Origin: a virus
Length of the DNA: 64,000 bases
Strand: one strand, 5' to 3'
IMG/VR virus record: IMGVR_UViG_3300036715_000213
Span: 11,997-75,996 of that record
Below, in pieces: positions 29,366 to 39,400 of this stretch. Both the position numbers and the translations under genes were made by a program. The notes under the pieces were generated by a model that made no database searches, was not told the origin of the DNA, and worked only from the letters and a program-made list of their open reading frames with translations. Position 1 is the first letter of the stretch, and each line of letters begins with the position of its first letter.

Positions 29366-30321
29366 ATTCTACCCCATGAAATGCGAGTTGTTAGTGAAAG
29401 TACATTTGTCGTATCCTTCGGAATAGCACGATCCAGAACAATTTGATATGCAAACACCGCAGTACTCTGACCCCATGATGCACGAATAGCTGCAATACCA
29501 CCAGTAGAATTCGCTAGTTGAATACCAAATGTCCATGTTGCATCAATGTAATAAGATCCACCAACATATGTGCCGTTACCAGCAGATCCATATGAGCTAC
29601 CTTGACTCCACCCGGACCCGGTTTGTGTGCCGCTTGGTCCACTTGCTGATACGTCTTGAATAGTTGGATATGATGGGGATGCTCCGTAGAAGCTCATACC
29701 CCATGGACCTAACCAACCATAGTAAAACGCTAAAGTCGATGCACCAAAACTGGCTGCGGAACATAATTTGGATGTGTAGTTATACGATGTACCGTTAATT
29801 GAGAACGAACCATATGATTCAGTTAGATTTGGAATTACCTTCACACGATAGTAGACAGTCAACTGGTCAATTGCAATTAGTGTAATGGAAATAGGATTAC
29901 CAAATGTGTCAGTAATTAAAGCTCGAGAAAATAAATTACCCGCTGCGGCTGCCCATCCAACACCAATCTCAGATATGTTACCAACAACCGCACCTTGGGT
30001 AAACGTCCATGCAAAAGTGTAGATACACGAATAACCATCTGCAGCTCCCTGATTAACTGCTGATGTAGCCGAGCTATTGCCAGCAGTTGACGATACAAGT
30101 TGCGCATCTAATGCTGTTTGTGTTTCAACAGGAGTGCTAACACCAGTACCTAATTTACAGTAAGAGAACACCTGTCCACCAGCAGTATAGAGTGCATCTA
30201 ATCCTTGGTTAAGAACAAGGTTGTCAAACCATCCAGTCTCCTGAACTACTTTCTCGCCGCGTCGTATAACGAGTTTATACTCGCCAGCGACTTTGTTGTG
30301 CATTTGTAAATTGATTGTCAT
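29362..30321 (-). CDS. Putative tail/virion structural protein
   Basis: ETGWFDNLVLNQGLD, GTG..P...QTAL, GNISEIGVG, LFSRALI (fibre-anchor-like N-domain). Confidence 0.6.
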   Translation of the reverse strand: MTINLQMHNKVAGEYKLVIRRGEKVVQETGWFDNLVLNQGLDALYTAGGQVFSYCKLGTGVSTPVETQTALDAQLVSSTAGNSSATSAVNQGAADGYSCIYTFAWTFTQGAVVGNISEIGVGWAAAAGNLFSRALITDTFGNPISITLIAIDQLTVYYRVKVIPNLTESYGSFSINGTSYNYTSKLCSAASFGASTLAFYYGWLGPWGMSFYGASPSYPTIQDVSASGPSGTQTGSGWSQGSSYGSAGNGTYVGGSYYIDATWTFGIQLANSTGGIAAIRASWGQSTAVFAYQIVLDRAIPKDTTNVLSLTTRISWGRI

Positions 30322-30779
30322 GTTAGAGTTCCTGAAATAATACCCACCCCGCCCAATTCATATTGCTCGATAGGTGTTGTATTTGTTACATAATTTATGG
30401 TTACTGTTAAAGTGCCGCTGAGAATATGTGGATGTCGCGCTTCCCATTCTTCCGGTGGGTTGTGATCAATTGTCTTATACGCGATGACTGTTTGTAGAGT
30501 ACCGCTTAAGATTCGACTATCTCCACGACCAACCTCCTCTGGGGGTTGGTGGTCATATACTGGATAACGAATTACCTCAGTCAATGTCCCGGAAATAATA
30601 TGGGGATGTCGGGCCTCATATTCATCTTCGGGTTGAGTCATATCTATTCCGTGAGTAATTCCCGGCGGATTTTGACGGATTGACTCATCGTATGCATGGG
30701 GGTATAAATTGCTCGTGAAGAACTGGGGTCTATGTTCTCGAGAACAGATAACTCCAATTGTTGCAACTGCATTCATCAT
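30318..30779 (-). CDS. Hypothetical virion protein with ~30-aa repeats
   Basis: Four E...I(I/L)SGTL repeats; own late promoter at 30802. Confidence 0.55.
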   Translation of the reverse strand: MMNAVATIGVICSREHRPQFFTSNLYPHAYDESIRQNPPGITHGIDMTQPEDEYEARHPHIISGTLTEVIRYPVYDHQPPEEVGRGDSRILSGTLQTVIAYKTIDHNPPEEWEARHPHILSGTLTVTINYVTNTTPIEQYELGGVGIISGTLT

Positions 30780-30804
30780 ACAACGATACTCCCCTGTCGT
30801 ATAT

Positions 30805-31458
30805 TTATGTCGCGATTGCTAAATTGCCTTCGAGTTCCCAGTAGTCAGGACCTGTTTTGATTGCAGTGACTTTACCATAACGGCGAGCGATATCGAAAGT
30901 ATCGGGAGACACTAGAGTCACTCCAGGTTTGGCTGCAACCGTTACAATTCCATCAGTACTACCGTTCCATGATACTAGAATTGCGCTACCAATTGGTAAC
31001 TTTACGTCAGCTTGCATTGGTAGCCAAACTGTTACAAAATCATTAGCAAAACTACGGATTAGAGTATTGTACGAATCCTCTTCAACTAAAGTATAATCTT
31101 CAGTAATGTCTTTGATTTGGATGAAGCGATTCGCAATGATTGCTCGAGCCCATTCCAGTTCCTCAGCCCAGCTGATAAGACCGTCTTGGAGGACTTTAAA
31201 GTTTGCATCAATCTCTTCATTAGTTAGAGTTGTACCTTTTACTGAGCTAAATTTGGGAATTTGTGGAAGCCATGTTTCACGATATGTGATTGGGAGGACG
31301 TCGGAGATTTTAACACCATCCCAGCCGACCGGAAAGTGCCAGGTTTGTCCTGTAGCTTGATTACCAGTGATGGCAGTTGTCTGGTTCTTAATTGTACAGA
31401 AGGATCCAGGAGCCGCTCGGAACCAGTTACCTTGTACGGATAACGTTACATTTGCCAT
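30805..31458 (-). CDS. Short fibre-like/neck-associated protein
   Basis: VKGTTLTNEEIDANF anchor shared with 32797..34104; C-terminal W.L.G.L fibre-type domain. Confidence 0.55.
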   Translation of the reverse strand: MANVTLSVQGNWFRAAPGSFCTIKNQTTAITGNQATGQTWHFPVGWDGVKISDVLPITYRETWLPQIPKFSSVKGTTLTNEEIDANFKVLQDGLISWAEELEWARAIIANRFIQIKDITEDYTLVEEDSYNTLIRSFANDFVTVWLPMQADVKLPIGSAILVSWNGSTDGIVTVAAKPGVTLVSPDTFDIARRYGKVTAIKTGPDYWELEGNLAIAT

Positions 31459-31461
31459 TTA

Positions 31462-32208
31462 TCATCCCATAATAAAATCAAGGGGCGATAGTTTACCCAT
31501 GATTTCGTTTTCAATATCTTCAGCCTCTTGTTTTCCTTCTTCGTACAATGCTTGTCCGTCTAGTGTTACACCACCGGGCAATGTAATACCACCGAATTTC
31601 TTGATGTTGCCACCCCATTGACGTTTTAGCAATGCAGTAACATAGTGTTTTAGATTGTTGTCGTTCCAGAACTTTGTCGCATCATCTGGATCCAACGCTC
31701 TATAGCAATCAATGAGAATGTACTCGCCCTCAGCAATTTTAGCATTCCAGTTTTGATCGATGTACAATTTGCTAGTTAGCTTGTTCCAACGGAATTGCTT
31801 TTGAGTGTTTAAAATCTGATCAAGCAAATCTAAATGCATCATTGATTGTACATAGTATATCATTGATGTAGATGTCAAATCTCGGAGATCGTTCATACGC
31901 AATTGATACTGGACGTCAAAAATATTAGCATCAGAATTAGCTTGTGTTCCAGTAGTTGGGAATACACGATTTACACCAAAAATTAAATCCGGAAGTGTGA
32001 TGTATTTGTTAGTGATATCAGTAGCGGTTACTAAATGCTTTAGGTACACGCGCTCAATACCATCCCAATAGTAATCGCGGAAATATGCGATTGCATCGTC
32101 AACTACATCGTCAGCTTGTTCATCAGTGATATTGATTTCAACAAGAGGTGCTCCAAGTTTACGGTAGCAATATTGAATTAGTTCGTCGCGACTTGTAACA
32201 TTAGCCAT
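31462..32208 (-). CDS. gp13: Neck protein
   Basis: YCYRKLGAPLVEINI, YVTALLKRQWGGNIKKFGGITLPGGVTLDG. Confidence 0.95.
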   Translation of the reverse strand: MANVTSRDELIQYCYRKLGAPLVEINITDEQADDVVDDAIAYFRDYYWDGIERVYLKHLVTATDITNKYITLPDLIFGVNRVFPTTGTQANSDANIFDVQYQLRMNDLRDLTSTSMIYYVQSMMHLDLLDQILNTQKQFRWNKLTSKLYIDQNWNAKIAEGEYILIDCYRALDPDDATKFWNDNNLKHYVTALLKRQWGGNIKKFGGITLPGGVTLDGQALYEEGKQEAEDIENEIMGKLSPLDFIMG

Positions 32209-32615
32209 TATTCTTCTCCAGAATTTACACTCAACGTTTTGTTCAGTGCTTCAAGAACTCGGTAGTTCTTTACTGTACATAATTCACACAATATTAGATT
32301 CTCATGGTGTGCTGTAATGCCAACCATACGTGCTTCCATCTCGGAAAGCTTTTTGAGCAACTCAGTGATTTGTACCGATTGGGCAACATAAGCAGCTTCC
32401 ATCGTAGATAAACGCTCACGTACTGCCTTAATTTCTTTGGCTTGTTCTTCGTAAGTATTGGACTGGATGTTATCGGCGGTGACTGATTTATGTGCTTTTG
32501 CTGACTCGACGCGTTCCCGACGCATCCACCATCCAATAGATGTGGCGATTACAGCAATACCAGCAATTATTGTCCCACCAGTCTCCCCAAGTTCATTAAT
32601 AAAACTAGCTAGCAT
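32208..32615 (-). CDS. Single-TM coiled-coil protein, possibly lysis-related
   Basis: N-terminal hydrophobic helix ending WWMRRER, followed by a coiled coil. Confidence 0.55.
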   Translation of the reverse strand: MLASFINELGETGGTIIAGIAVIATSIGWWMRRERVESAKAHKSVTADNIQSNTYEEQAKEIKAVRERLSTMEAAYVAQSVQITELLKKLSEMEARMVGITAHHENLILCELCTVKNYRVLEALNKTLSVNSGEE

Positions 32616-32780
32616 TGTCTTCCCATTCGCGATGTGTTAGATATCTTATTAGTAACCATAGTGAAATCATTGCCCAATATAGGTGAACCCAATTGAAAAG
32701 TCTAAAAAGCCCTTGACTGTAGTGGTAGCACCTGGAACTATTGGGGTAGTTGACTGACGGTATGATATTTGTGTTGGCAT
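32605..32780 (-). pseudogene. Deletion scar: fibre N-terminus joined out of frame to a membrane-protein C-terminus
   Basis: 32780-32667 reads MPTQISYRQSTTPIVPGATTTVKGFLDFSIGFTYIGQ*; the -1 frame 32706-32605 reads FRLFNWVHLYWAMISLWLLIRYLTHREWEDNAS*. Confidence 0.6.
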
Positions 32781-32796
32781 ACCGTATTTATATCAA

Positions 32797-34104
32797 TCAA
32801 CCACGCGATACTAGAACGCCTGCGAAGTTGGTTACGTTAGTACCGAAGGCGACGACTGGTGTTGTACCAGTAGCCGTAACACGCAATTCGAATGTATCAC
32901 CAACTGCTGTGGTTTTAAACAGGTCAGTAATGCTTGCTGTGAGAGATGTAACTGATGCTCCGGTTACAGTCTTAGTGTAAACTGCTGCAGCATTCATCCA
33001 TAATTCTATAGTCATTGCAGTCAGTGCAGTTCCAGTAACTTGGACGTTACCAGTTAATTGATAGTAACCAATTACACCTGGAGTCCAACGGAATGTAGTT
33101 GTGCTATCGAAAACGCTAACGCTATCGAATGTTTCACCGTTGAATGGTAATACGACTGATGCTGCTGCACTTGTCAACGCAAATGTGGTTGTATTACGAA
33201 ATGCACGGAACACAGGTTCTGCTAAAGAGCCGTGCACGTGATCTTGACGTGCGAAACGAGTTGATGTACCAACAACTGCTGTTGCTGCTGCCGATACTGG
33301 AGTAGCTGAACCCGCTTGCCCAATAACAAACGCAGTAGTCGCTAATAATAGAGAACTGTTATCAACTGCTGGAGTTGATGTTGCTGTTGGAGTAACAAGA
33401 GCGGGACTTGAGTTATTTGCTTTTGTTGCAATGTTACCGTCTAGCTTATTGATAGCTTGGAGGATCGTATCAGTAACTGCTACAGTACCAGAACCTGATG
33501 CAAAACCAGTTAGAACCTTACTAATTACAGATGCATTAGTTACAGTCGTTGCATTACCAGTTGAAGTAACTTCACCAGTTAGATTAGCGTTAGTAGCATC
33601 GTTTCCAATCAACTTATTGATAGCTTGGAGGATCGTATCAGTGGAAGCAACTACACCAGCGCCTGGAGATAATCCAGTTAGAACCTTACCAATTACAGTT
33701 GCATTTGGAACTATAGTAGAATTACCAGTTGAAGTAACTTCACCAGTTAGATTAGCGTTTGTTGTTACAGTAGAAGCTAGAGTGGCGGTATTAGCATTTC
33801 CACTGAAGTTTGCGGCATACAAAGTGTCAGTGGATGGCTTGTAACGTAGATTAGTAGAGCTGATACGATACGGGACAGCACCAGTACCATTCGATGCAGT
33901 TGCACCAAATGCCCACATCGGGAACACAAATGCTGTATTTGTAACGTCATCAGTAATCGCAGTGTTGGTTGTCAACAGATCTAACTGATCGGCAATTGAC
34001 TTGATATTTCCATCAATTTCCAGATTAGTCAGCGGCGTACCCTTAACCGTTGTGGTTGTTGGTACTGTCGGTGTTGACGACGCGCGGTATTTAATTTTTG
34101 CCAT
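32797..34104 (-). CDS. Fibre protein with internal repeat and C1q/TNF-like tip
   Basis: KGTPLTNLEIDGN anchor, FARQDHVH motif, C-terminal FRAF..F..E.FD..FD..T.R..P...GYYQ. Confidence 0.7.
   Translation of the reverse strand: MAKIKYRASSTPTVPTTTTVKGTPLTNLEIDGNIKSIADQLDLLTTNTAITDDVTNTAFVFPMWAFGATASNGTGAVPYRISSTNLRYKPSTDTLYAANFSGNANTATLASTVTTNANLTGEVTSTGNSTIVPNATVIGKVLTGLSPGAGVVASTDTILQAINKLIGNDATNANLTGEVTSTGNATTVTNASVISKVLTGFASGSGTVAVTDTILQAINKLDGNIATKANNSSPALVTPTATSTPAVDNSSLLLATTAFVIGQAGSATPVSAAATAVVGTSTRFARQDHVHGSLAEPVFRAFRNTTTFALTSAAASVVLPFNGETFDSVSVFDSTTTFRWTPGVIGYYQLTGNVQVTGTALTAMTIELWMNAAAVYTKTVTGASVTSLTASITDLFKTTAVGDTFELRVTATGTTPVVAFGTNVTNFAGVLVSRG
33445..33759. repeat. 168-bp (56-aa) tandem duplication in the fibre gene
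   Basis: Identical blocks at 33445/33613 and 33553/33721. Confidence 0.85.
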
Positions 34105-34291
34105 TTATGTGTTCCAGTATTTTCTGCATCTGTTTCTTTAGTGTATTTACTTCATTCTGTAGACTATCAAAAGCGTCATGCTGCATCCGACTCTTCATGA
34201 AAGCCGCTTTGTCAACTACAACGATACTCCTATCGTCTTTCTTGTACAGCCCCTTGAGCGGTGATCCGTTACGATCAACTATCTGCTTCAT
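34091..34291 (-). CDS. Small hypothetical protein
   Basis: Coupled to both neighbours; C-terminal coiled coil. Confidence 0.6.
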   Translation of the reverse strand: MKQIVDRNGSPLKGLYKKDDRSIVVVDKAAFMKSRMQHDAFDSLQNEVNTLKKQMQKILEHINGKN

Positions 34292-36447
34292 GTTGCGACG
34301 ATAATGCTACGGTATTGGTCAATAACCGGATATGAAATCTTATCATTCGAACTCAATACAATCTTAATGTCGTACATGTCGAATCCATCGAGATCGTCAA
34401 TCTTAAACTCGTAGTCTTGATATTCGCCAAGTTTGCGTGCTAAGTTGCGGGCTGTGTCGCATGTCATCTCAACCCAATTACCACTCTTATGTGGTACAGT
34501 GCTGGCTGCTAATGAACTACGGAAGTAGACATTAAAAGATGTTGTTGCAATGCTACTAGCAGTAACAATAACGCGAGCGCCCTTGGAAATAGTTTCCAAT
34601 TGGAATGGCTGGCTAATGTAACGCGCATAAGCAGTCCCACCGCTTGGAGTCAACTCAGTTGCTTTGTCGAATGTCGATGCTGGGTTAGTCAGAATGTCAT
34701 TGACGTTATTATTTTCCAGTACCAAACGCGGTGTTGCACGTAAATCTAGCATTGGGGAAACGTTAACATTCTTTGATTCAAAATATAATAGCATTTCTGC
34801 GGAAGAATCACTACCGAAGAACAATTGCTCATTATCCAATGTAGCAATAACTGCTTCTTTGTCTAGGATAGTTGCTTGGCTCAATGAGATGTTTTCGTGT
34901 AAACCAACAAGGTAGTTCTCATCAGTTGTGCGTAGGGTAGCGCTCAATCCTGTTTCATTCGGAACTATAGTATTCAACAGTGGAGCAACTGCTTGGTAAC
35001 GACGGTTTAAACTTGTCGCGAAGATCGCTTCATCAATAACAGTTAAAGATGCACCGGATCCAGTTCCATCAGTAATCTTTACAGTTGGTGTAGTCATGTA
35101 ACCAGTACCAGCATTTGTGATAGTCACAGTGTTAATCTTACCACCAGAAGTTGTAACTGTTGCTGTTGCACCAGTACCATCGCCAATGATTTGTACTGTT
35201 GGAGCCGAGTAATTGATACCACCATCGTCAATCTCAATCGCTTCCATACGTCCTGTTGATGACAAGATTCCAGTAGATGTTGCGTTGGTAGCGCCCAAGC
35301 TAAATGTGAATGTGAAATCGTTAACCCGAGTTACAGTATATCCAGTTGAACTTGACAATATAGCAGATGGGATCCCACGGTATGTAGCACCTGTCAATCC
35401 ACGTAGGATAATCGTATCACTAGTCTTAAAACCGTGTTGCATTGGCAACGTGCAAGTCACCAGAGGTGAGCTGTTTGTAACTGAGAAATACTTACCGGGA
35501 ATACGATCGTTTGGAGCAACTGCGCGCAACTTCAACGATGCTTGAGAAGAGATATCAAATTTGGCGCGATATATGTTGAACTTAATGTCTTGCGTTTGCT
35601 CAGCAGTCCATGTAATGTTGTTTTCCGATTTAAACATGGAACCAACGAATGGTTGTTCACTAATCGTCTTACCAGTTTCTATAGACTTTGCACCCATCTC
35701 AGATGTGAAGGCATAGTATGAATTTGAGTTGGACAGCAGGACGAAACAGAAATCCTTATCTTCAGGCAAGTAGATTGGACGTGGGAAGATAAACTTTGTA
35801 CCAACCAATGCAGTATTGCTTGTGTTAACTGAGCTTGGATTTAACGAAACAAAAGACCATTCATTAACCAAGTCAGCTGCTGGATAACCGTTTTCTACAT
35901 TACGCAATTCACAACGCACTGGAATTGACGCATCCTTCGCTTGAAAGAACACTTCAATCATCGTTACAAAACAACCACCCTTGATACCATAGGTGAAGAA
36001 TGTCTGAGCAAGCGGATCGCCCGGCGGACGGGTTGTATTAACACGCACTACATTTTGTGTAATAACATTAATAGTTTTCTGAAATGTATCCAAGAAACCA
36101 TTAGCAGTAAACAATGTAGTCGCAGAGCTAACTGCGCTTCCAGCAAATGCTTCAGTTTCATAGTTGGATGTATCAAGCAATTTGAAAATACGCTCACCAG
36201 TGTTAAATGTGTTCCCCGGCATGCGGAACTCACCAGTAATTTTACCAGCAGCGTCTGATACAATCTGATCACCTAAGTTCTTACCGTCTTGTTTAATAAA
36301 TTCATCCACGCTCTTAGTATCAAAGAATGCGTAGAATTTACTATTTGGTTTCAAGTCAGTTGCAGCAAACTTAATCGTCTGTGGACGAATAAAAGAAAGT
36401 GATTTATAACCAACCAAACTGGTACGTGATTTTGTACGTGTTACCAT
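34288..36447 (-). CDS. DUF4815/VrlC-like virion protein, C-terminal half
   Basis: FIRPQTIKF..LKPNSKFYAFFD, DPLAQTFF, GSMFKSENNITWTAEQTQDIKF; own late promoter at 36466. Confidence 0.75.
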   Translation of the reverse strand: MVTRTKSRTSLVGYKSLSFIRPQTIKFAATDLKPNSKFYAFFDTKSVDEFIKQDGKNLGDQIVSDAAGKITGEFRMPGNTFNTGERIFKLLDTSNYETEAFAGSAVSSATTLFTANGFLDTFQKTINVITQNVVRVNTTRPPGDPLAQTFFTYGIKGGCFVTMIEVFFQAKDASIPVRCELRNVENGYPAADLVNEWSFVSLNPSSVNTSNTALVGTKFIFPRPIYLPEDKDFCFVLLSNSNSYYAFTSEMGAKSIETGKTISEQPFVGSMFKSENNITWTAEQTQDIKFNIYRAKFDISSQASLKLRAVAPNDRIPGKYFSVTNSSPLVTCTLPMQHGFKTSDTIILRGLTGATYRGIPSAILSSSTGYTVTRVNDFTFTFSLGATNATSTGILSSTGRMEAIEIDDGGINYSAPTVQIIGDGTGATATVTTSGGKINTVTITNAGTGYMTTPTVKITDGTGSGASLTVIDEAIFATSLNRRYQAVAPLLNTIVPNETGLSATLRTTDENYLVGLHENISLSQATILDKEAVIATLDNEQLFFGSDSSAEMLLYFESKNVNVSPMLDLRATPRLVLENNNVNDILTNPASTFDKATELTPSGGTAYARYISQPFQLETISKGARVIVTASSIATTSFNVYFRSSLAASTVPHKSGNWVEMTCDTARNLARKLGEYQDYEFKIDDLDGFDMYDIKIVLSSNDKISYPVIDQYRSIIVAT

Positions 36448-36481
36448 TGTATTCCTATTTTCTAGTATTTATTATACACTA

Positions 36482-39400
36482 TTAGAGTGATTTGTTGGAG
36501 TAAAAGTCCACGGATTTAATATTATGGTGCAAGATGAAGTTTCTATTAACATCACCAGCTAAGAAGCATTTGTTACCGCATGTAATGTGGCGAACTAATC
36601 CCATACCAATAAACTTAACATCAATAATCTCTTCCCAACGCAAAACACCGTTTAATTCAGTAACAGTGTGCTTGCCTAGCATATCCGGAGCATTGACTAA
36701 AGTTCCATTAATAGTTGGGATGGGTGCAGTAGAAGAACATGTTAATTTGACACCTAAAGTGGATGTCAGGCAATACAGAGGTTGTTCTTTAGTTTCAGCG
36801 AATGTAACTTCGTCAAAAGAACGTTTCCATGTATTTGGATCAACTGTTGGTATGATCATACCAACATTGATATCTTTAGCTTGCATTCCATTTTCCAGCC
36901 ATGCATCAAGAACAACACAGCCACCTCCACCATAGCTAGGAATTATAACTTGAAGCGGTAATGATGGAGGTAAGTATGCCCATCCCCATGGTCCTAGAAC
37001 TGGAGGTGGAGGTGGAGCAATAATTGGTGCCGGCGCTGGAATTGGCGCTGGCGCTGGTGGAGGTGGAACAACTACTGGTGGCGCTGGGATTGGAATAATC
37101 ACAGGAACTGGTGGTGTTGCTGCCACTGGTGGAGGTGTTACCTTAATCTCAACCTTTGGTACTGGTGGGATAATTACAACCGCTGGAGTGATGATTGGTG
37201 GAGTAATAATCACTGGACGTGGTGGTTGGATAAACACAAACTCAGTGATAGTCTCAGTTGATGTCTTAACGATATCAGCTAAGTTTTCAACTTCAGTCCA
37301 AGTGTCATCCTTTGGTACAATTTCCAGCGCGCCTTGCCAGCTAAACACAGCAAACGGGTTAATGTTGGTAATACGACTCGATACGCCTTGTGAAGCAAGG
37401 ATAACGTTTTCATAGTTCAGTGTTGCGATATCATTGATAATGGATACGTTAGTACCAACCGATACTGGAGATAACATTGTTTCAATACGATCAAACAATG
37501 GTTTAATCTTACCAGAAACATACGATACCTTAAATCCTGGATCAGTTACATCCGAGATAGCATCAGCATCGCTAAAGTTATCGACTAAGTAACCGCTCTT
37601 GTAACGTGATAGTCCAGTTGTTGTGTCAACAATGTCATAGTTAACTGCGCTCTGTTCTGCTTCGGATAGAGTGATGTAATCTTCGATGTTAGCCACACGC
37701 TTGTCTAGAGAAGCAACATCGCGCATAGTGTAAACACGGTTATCATTCTTCTTAACTGTACAATCAATTGCCTTGGCAGTATAAGGAGGAACTGTAATAG
37801 TTGCCAGCTTGATAGAATCTGCTGGCAGTGGCTTCTCTTTTGGTACGTCAGCTGGAGTACCTGTTATAATACTTAATGTACCATCCTTGCTGAAGATAAC
37901 AGAGTCAATACGACCAACATAGTGGCGAACAGTTGCAGTAATACGGGAATCATTCTGAACTAGCTTGCTTACAGAAGCGCCAGTACCGGTAAATGTTCCA
38001 TCAGTACCAACGCGCGGACGGAAGTCTAACACATTGCGTAGGTTGTATGTCTTACGGTCGTTTTTACTAGTGTAAGATAACAGTGGAGAATCATAGTAAC
38101 CAGACATTGTGGTGTACGAGTCAACGCTGAAGTAATCTCCAGAATTATGGCTAAAGTAATCGTATGTGACTGTCACATTGTATGCTGGAGTTTGTGCTCC
38201 AGCTTTCAAAGTAATTGATCCACGATCGTAAAAATAATCAGTTTGACCATTATCGTATGAGTAGCTAGCAGTTACATCAAGTTCGTTTGCTCCACCAGCG
38301 TCTTGCACAACCTTAGTAACACGAACCAAGTCAGCATGTGGCAACACAAGTGTCGCAGAACTTGGATTTATTGCAGCAGATACAACATTCTGGACTAGAG
38401 TTTTTGTCTTTGGAGCACGTGATGCACCAGTTACAGTAGCAGCACAAAATACGCTCAATGTGCTACTTGCTGGGCTAATGCCGCTAAAGGATACAGATAG
38501 CCCGTCTGGAGCGACTGTTGCTGTTGACAATGCTTGGATACCGCTGGAAGTAACCAGCAACATGTTGCCTTCTTCCTTTGGATTGATTGTCATACCAGTT
38601 ACAGTCATTGTACCAGCACCACCAGTAATAGTCACAGTTTGTTCATGATAAACAGTGTAAGAAATATCACTAACTTCGCTGTCACCCTTGGCGCTGTATG
38701 TGTAATCATATGGAAGTGGAACTAGCAGATTGTTAGTTACATTCTTAACGATAACTTCTTTGTCAATAACCTTAGCAGTTCCGCCGGATGTCATACCAAG
38801 AATGGTATCACCAATCAGTGGAGTTGATTCACCCACGCAACGAGTGTTAACGTACAAGACGCCTTCAGGGCGCAGGTACTTTATAACGTTACCGCAGCGA
38901 GCTTCTGATTCAACTTCTTCGTTTAGAGTAAACGCCAAGCTGTTAGTCGAAACCACAGTTAATTTATGCAATACAGTAGCAATCTCTGATGCACCATATG
39001 TGATGATACCAATCTCATCTACTGAGTGTGTTGGTCCCACAGCAATGTCAGTAACAAACATCTTGTAGATTGCATTGGTTGTGGTTGTGTTGGATTCAAC
39101 AAAATCAACTGCCAACAATGTAGCTGAACCAATAACAGTTCCAGCCGTAATATCCTTCAGTGTAACTGGCGAATGCAGCTTAAAGCTAGGTAGATTAGAC
39201 AGTCCAGTAACGTAAAACGCTTGTCCAAAGGATGGGACAATATTAATAACGTTCTCTTGGATGGATTCAACATCACGCGCTTTGTTAACAGTCAGCAACG
39301 TATCTGCTATCTTTTCGTTCTCGAATCCCTTGATGTATGCCTTACCAGCAGCAATAGTGTAAATCATCTTAGATGAATCACCGCCAGCTGTAGAAACATA

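Noticed and set aside
16560-31458. Diversity-generating retroelement or invertible shufflon acting on the fibre paralogs
   Set aside because: No reverse transcriptase, invertase, adenine-variant repeat pair or inverted crossover sites seen; all genes are co-oriented
32700-32712. Programmed frameshift at GGGCTTTTTAG
   Set aside because: Not a proper X XXY YYZ heptamer, and the product would be an implausible chimera; a deletion scar is simpler
36521-36919. Canonical splicing intein in the DUF4815 protein
   Set aside because: +1 residue is Ile, block B His is missing and only 12 residues follow; treated as a Hint cleavage/ligation domain
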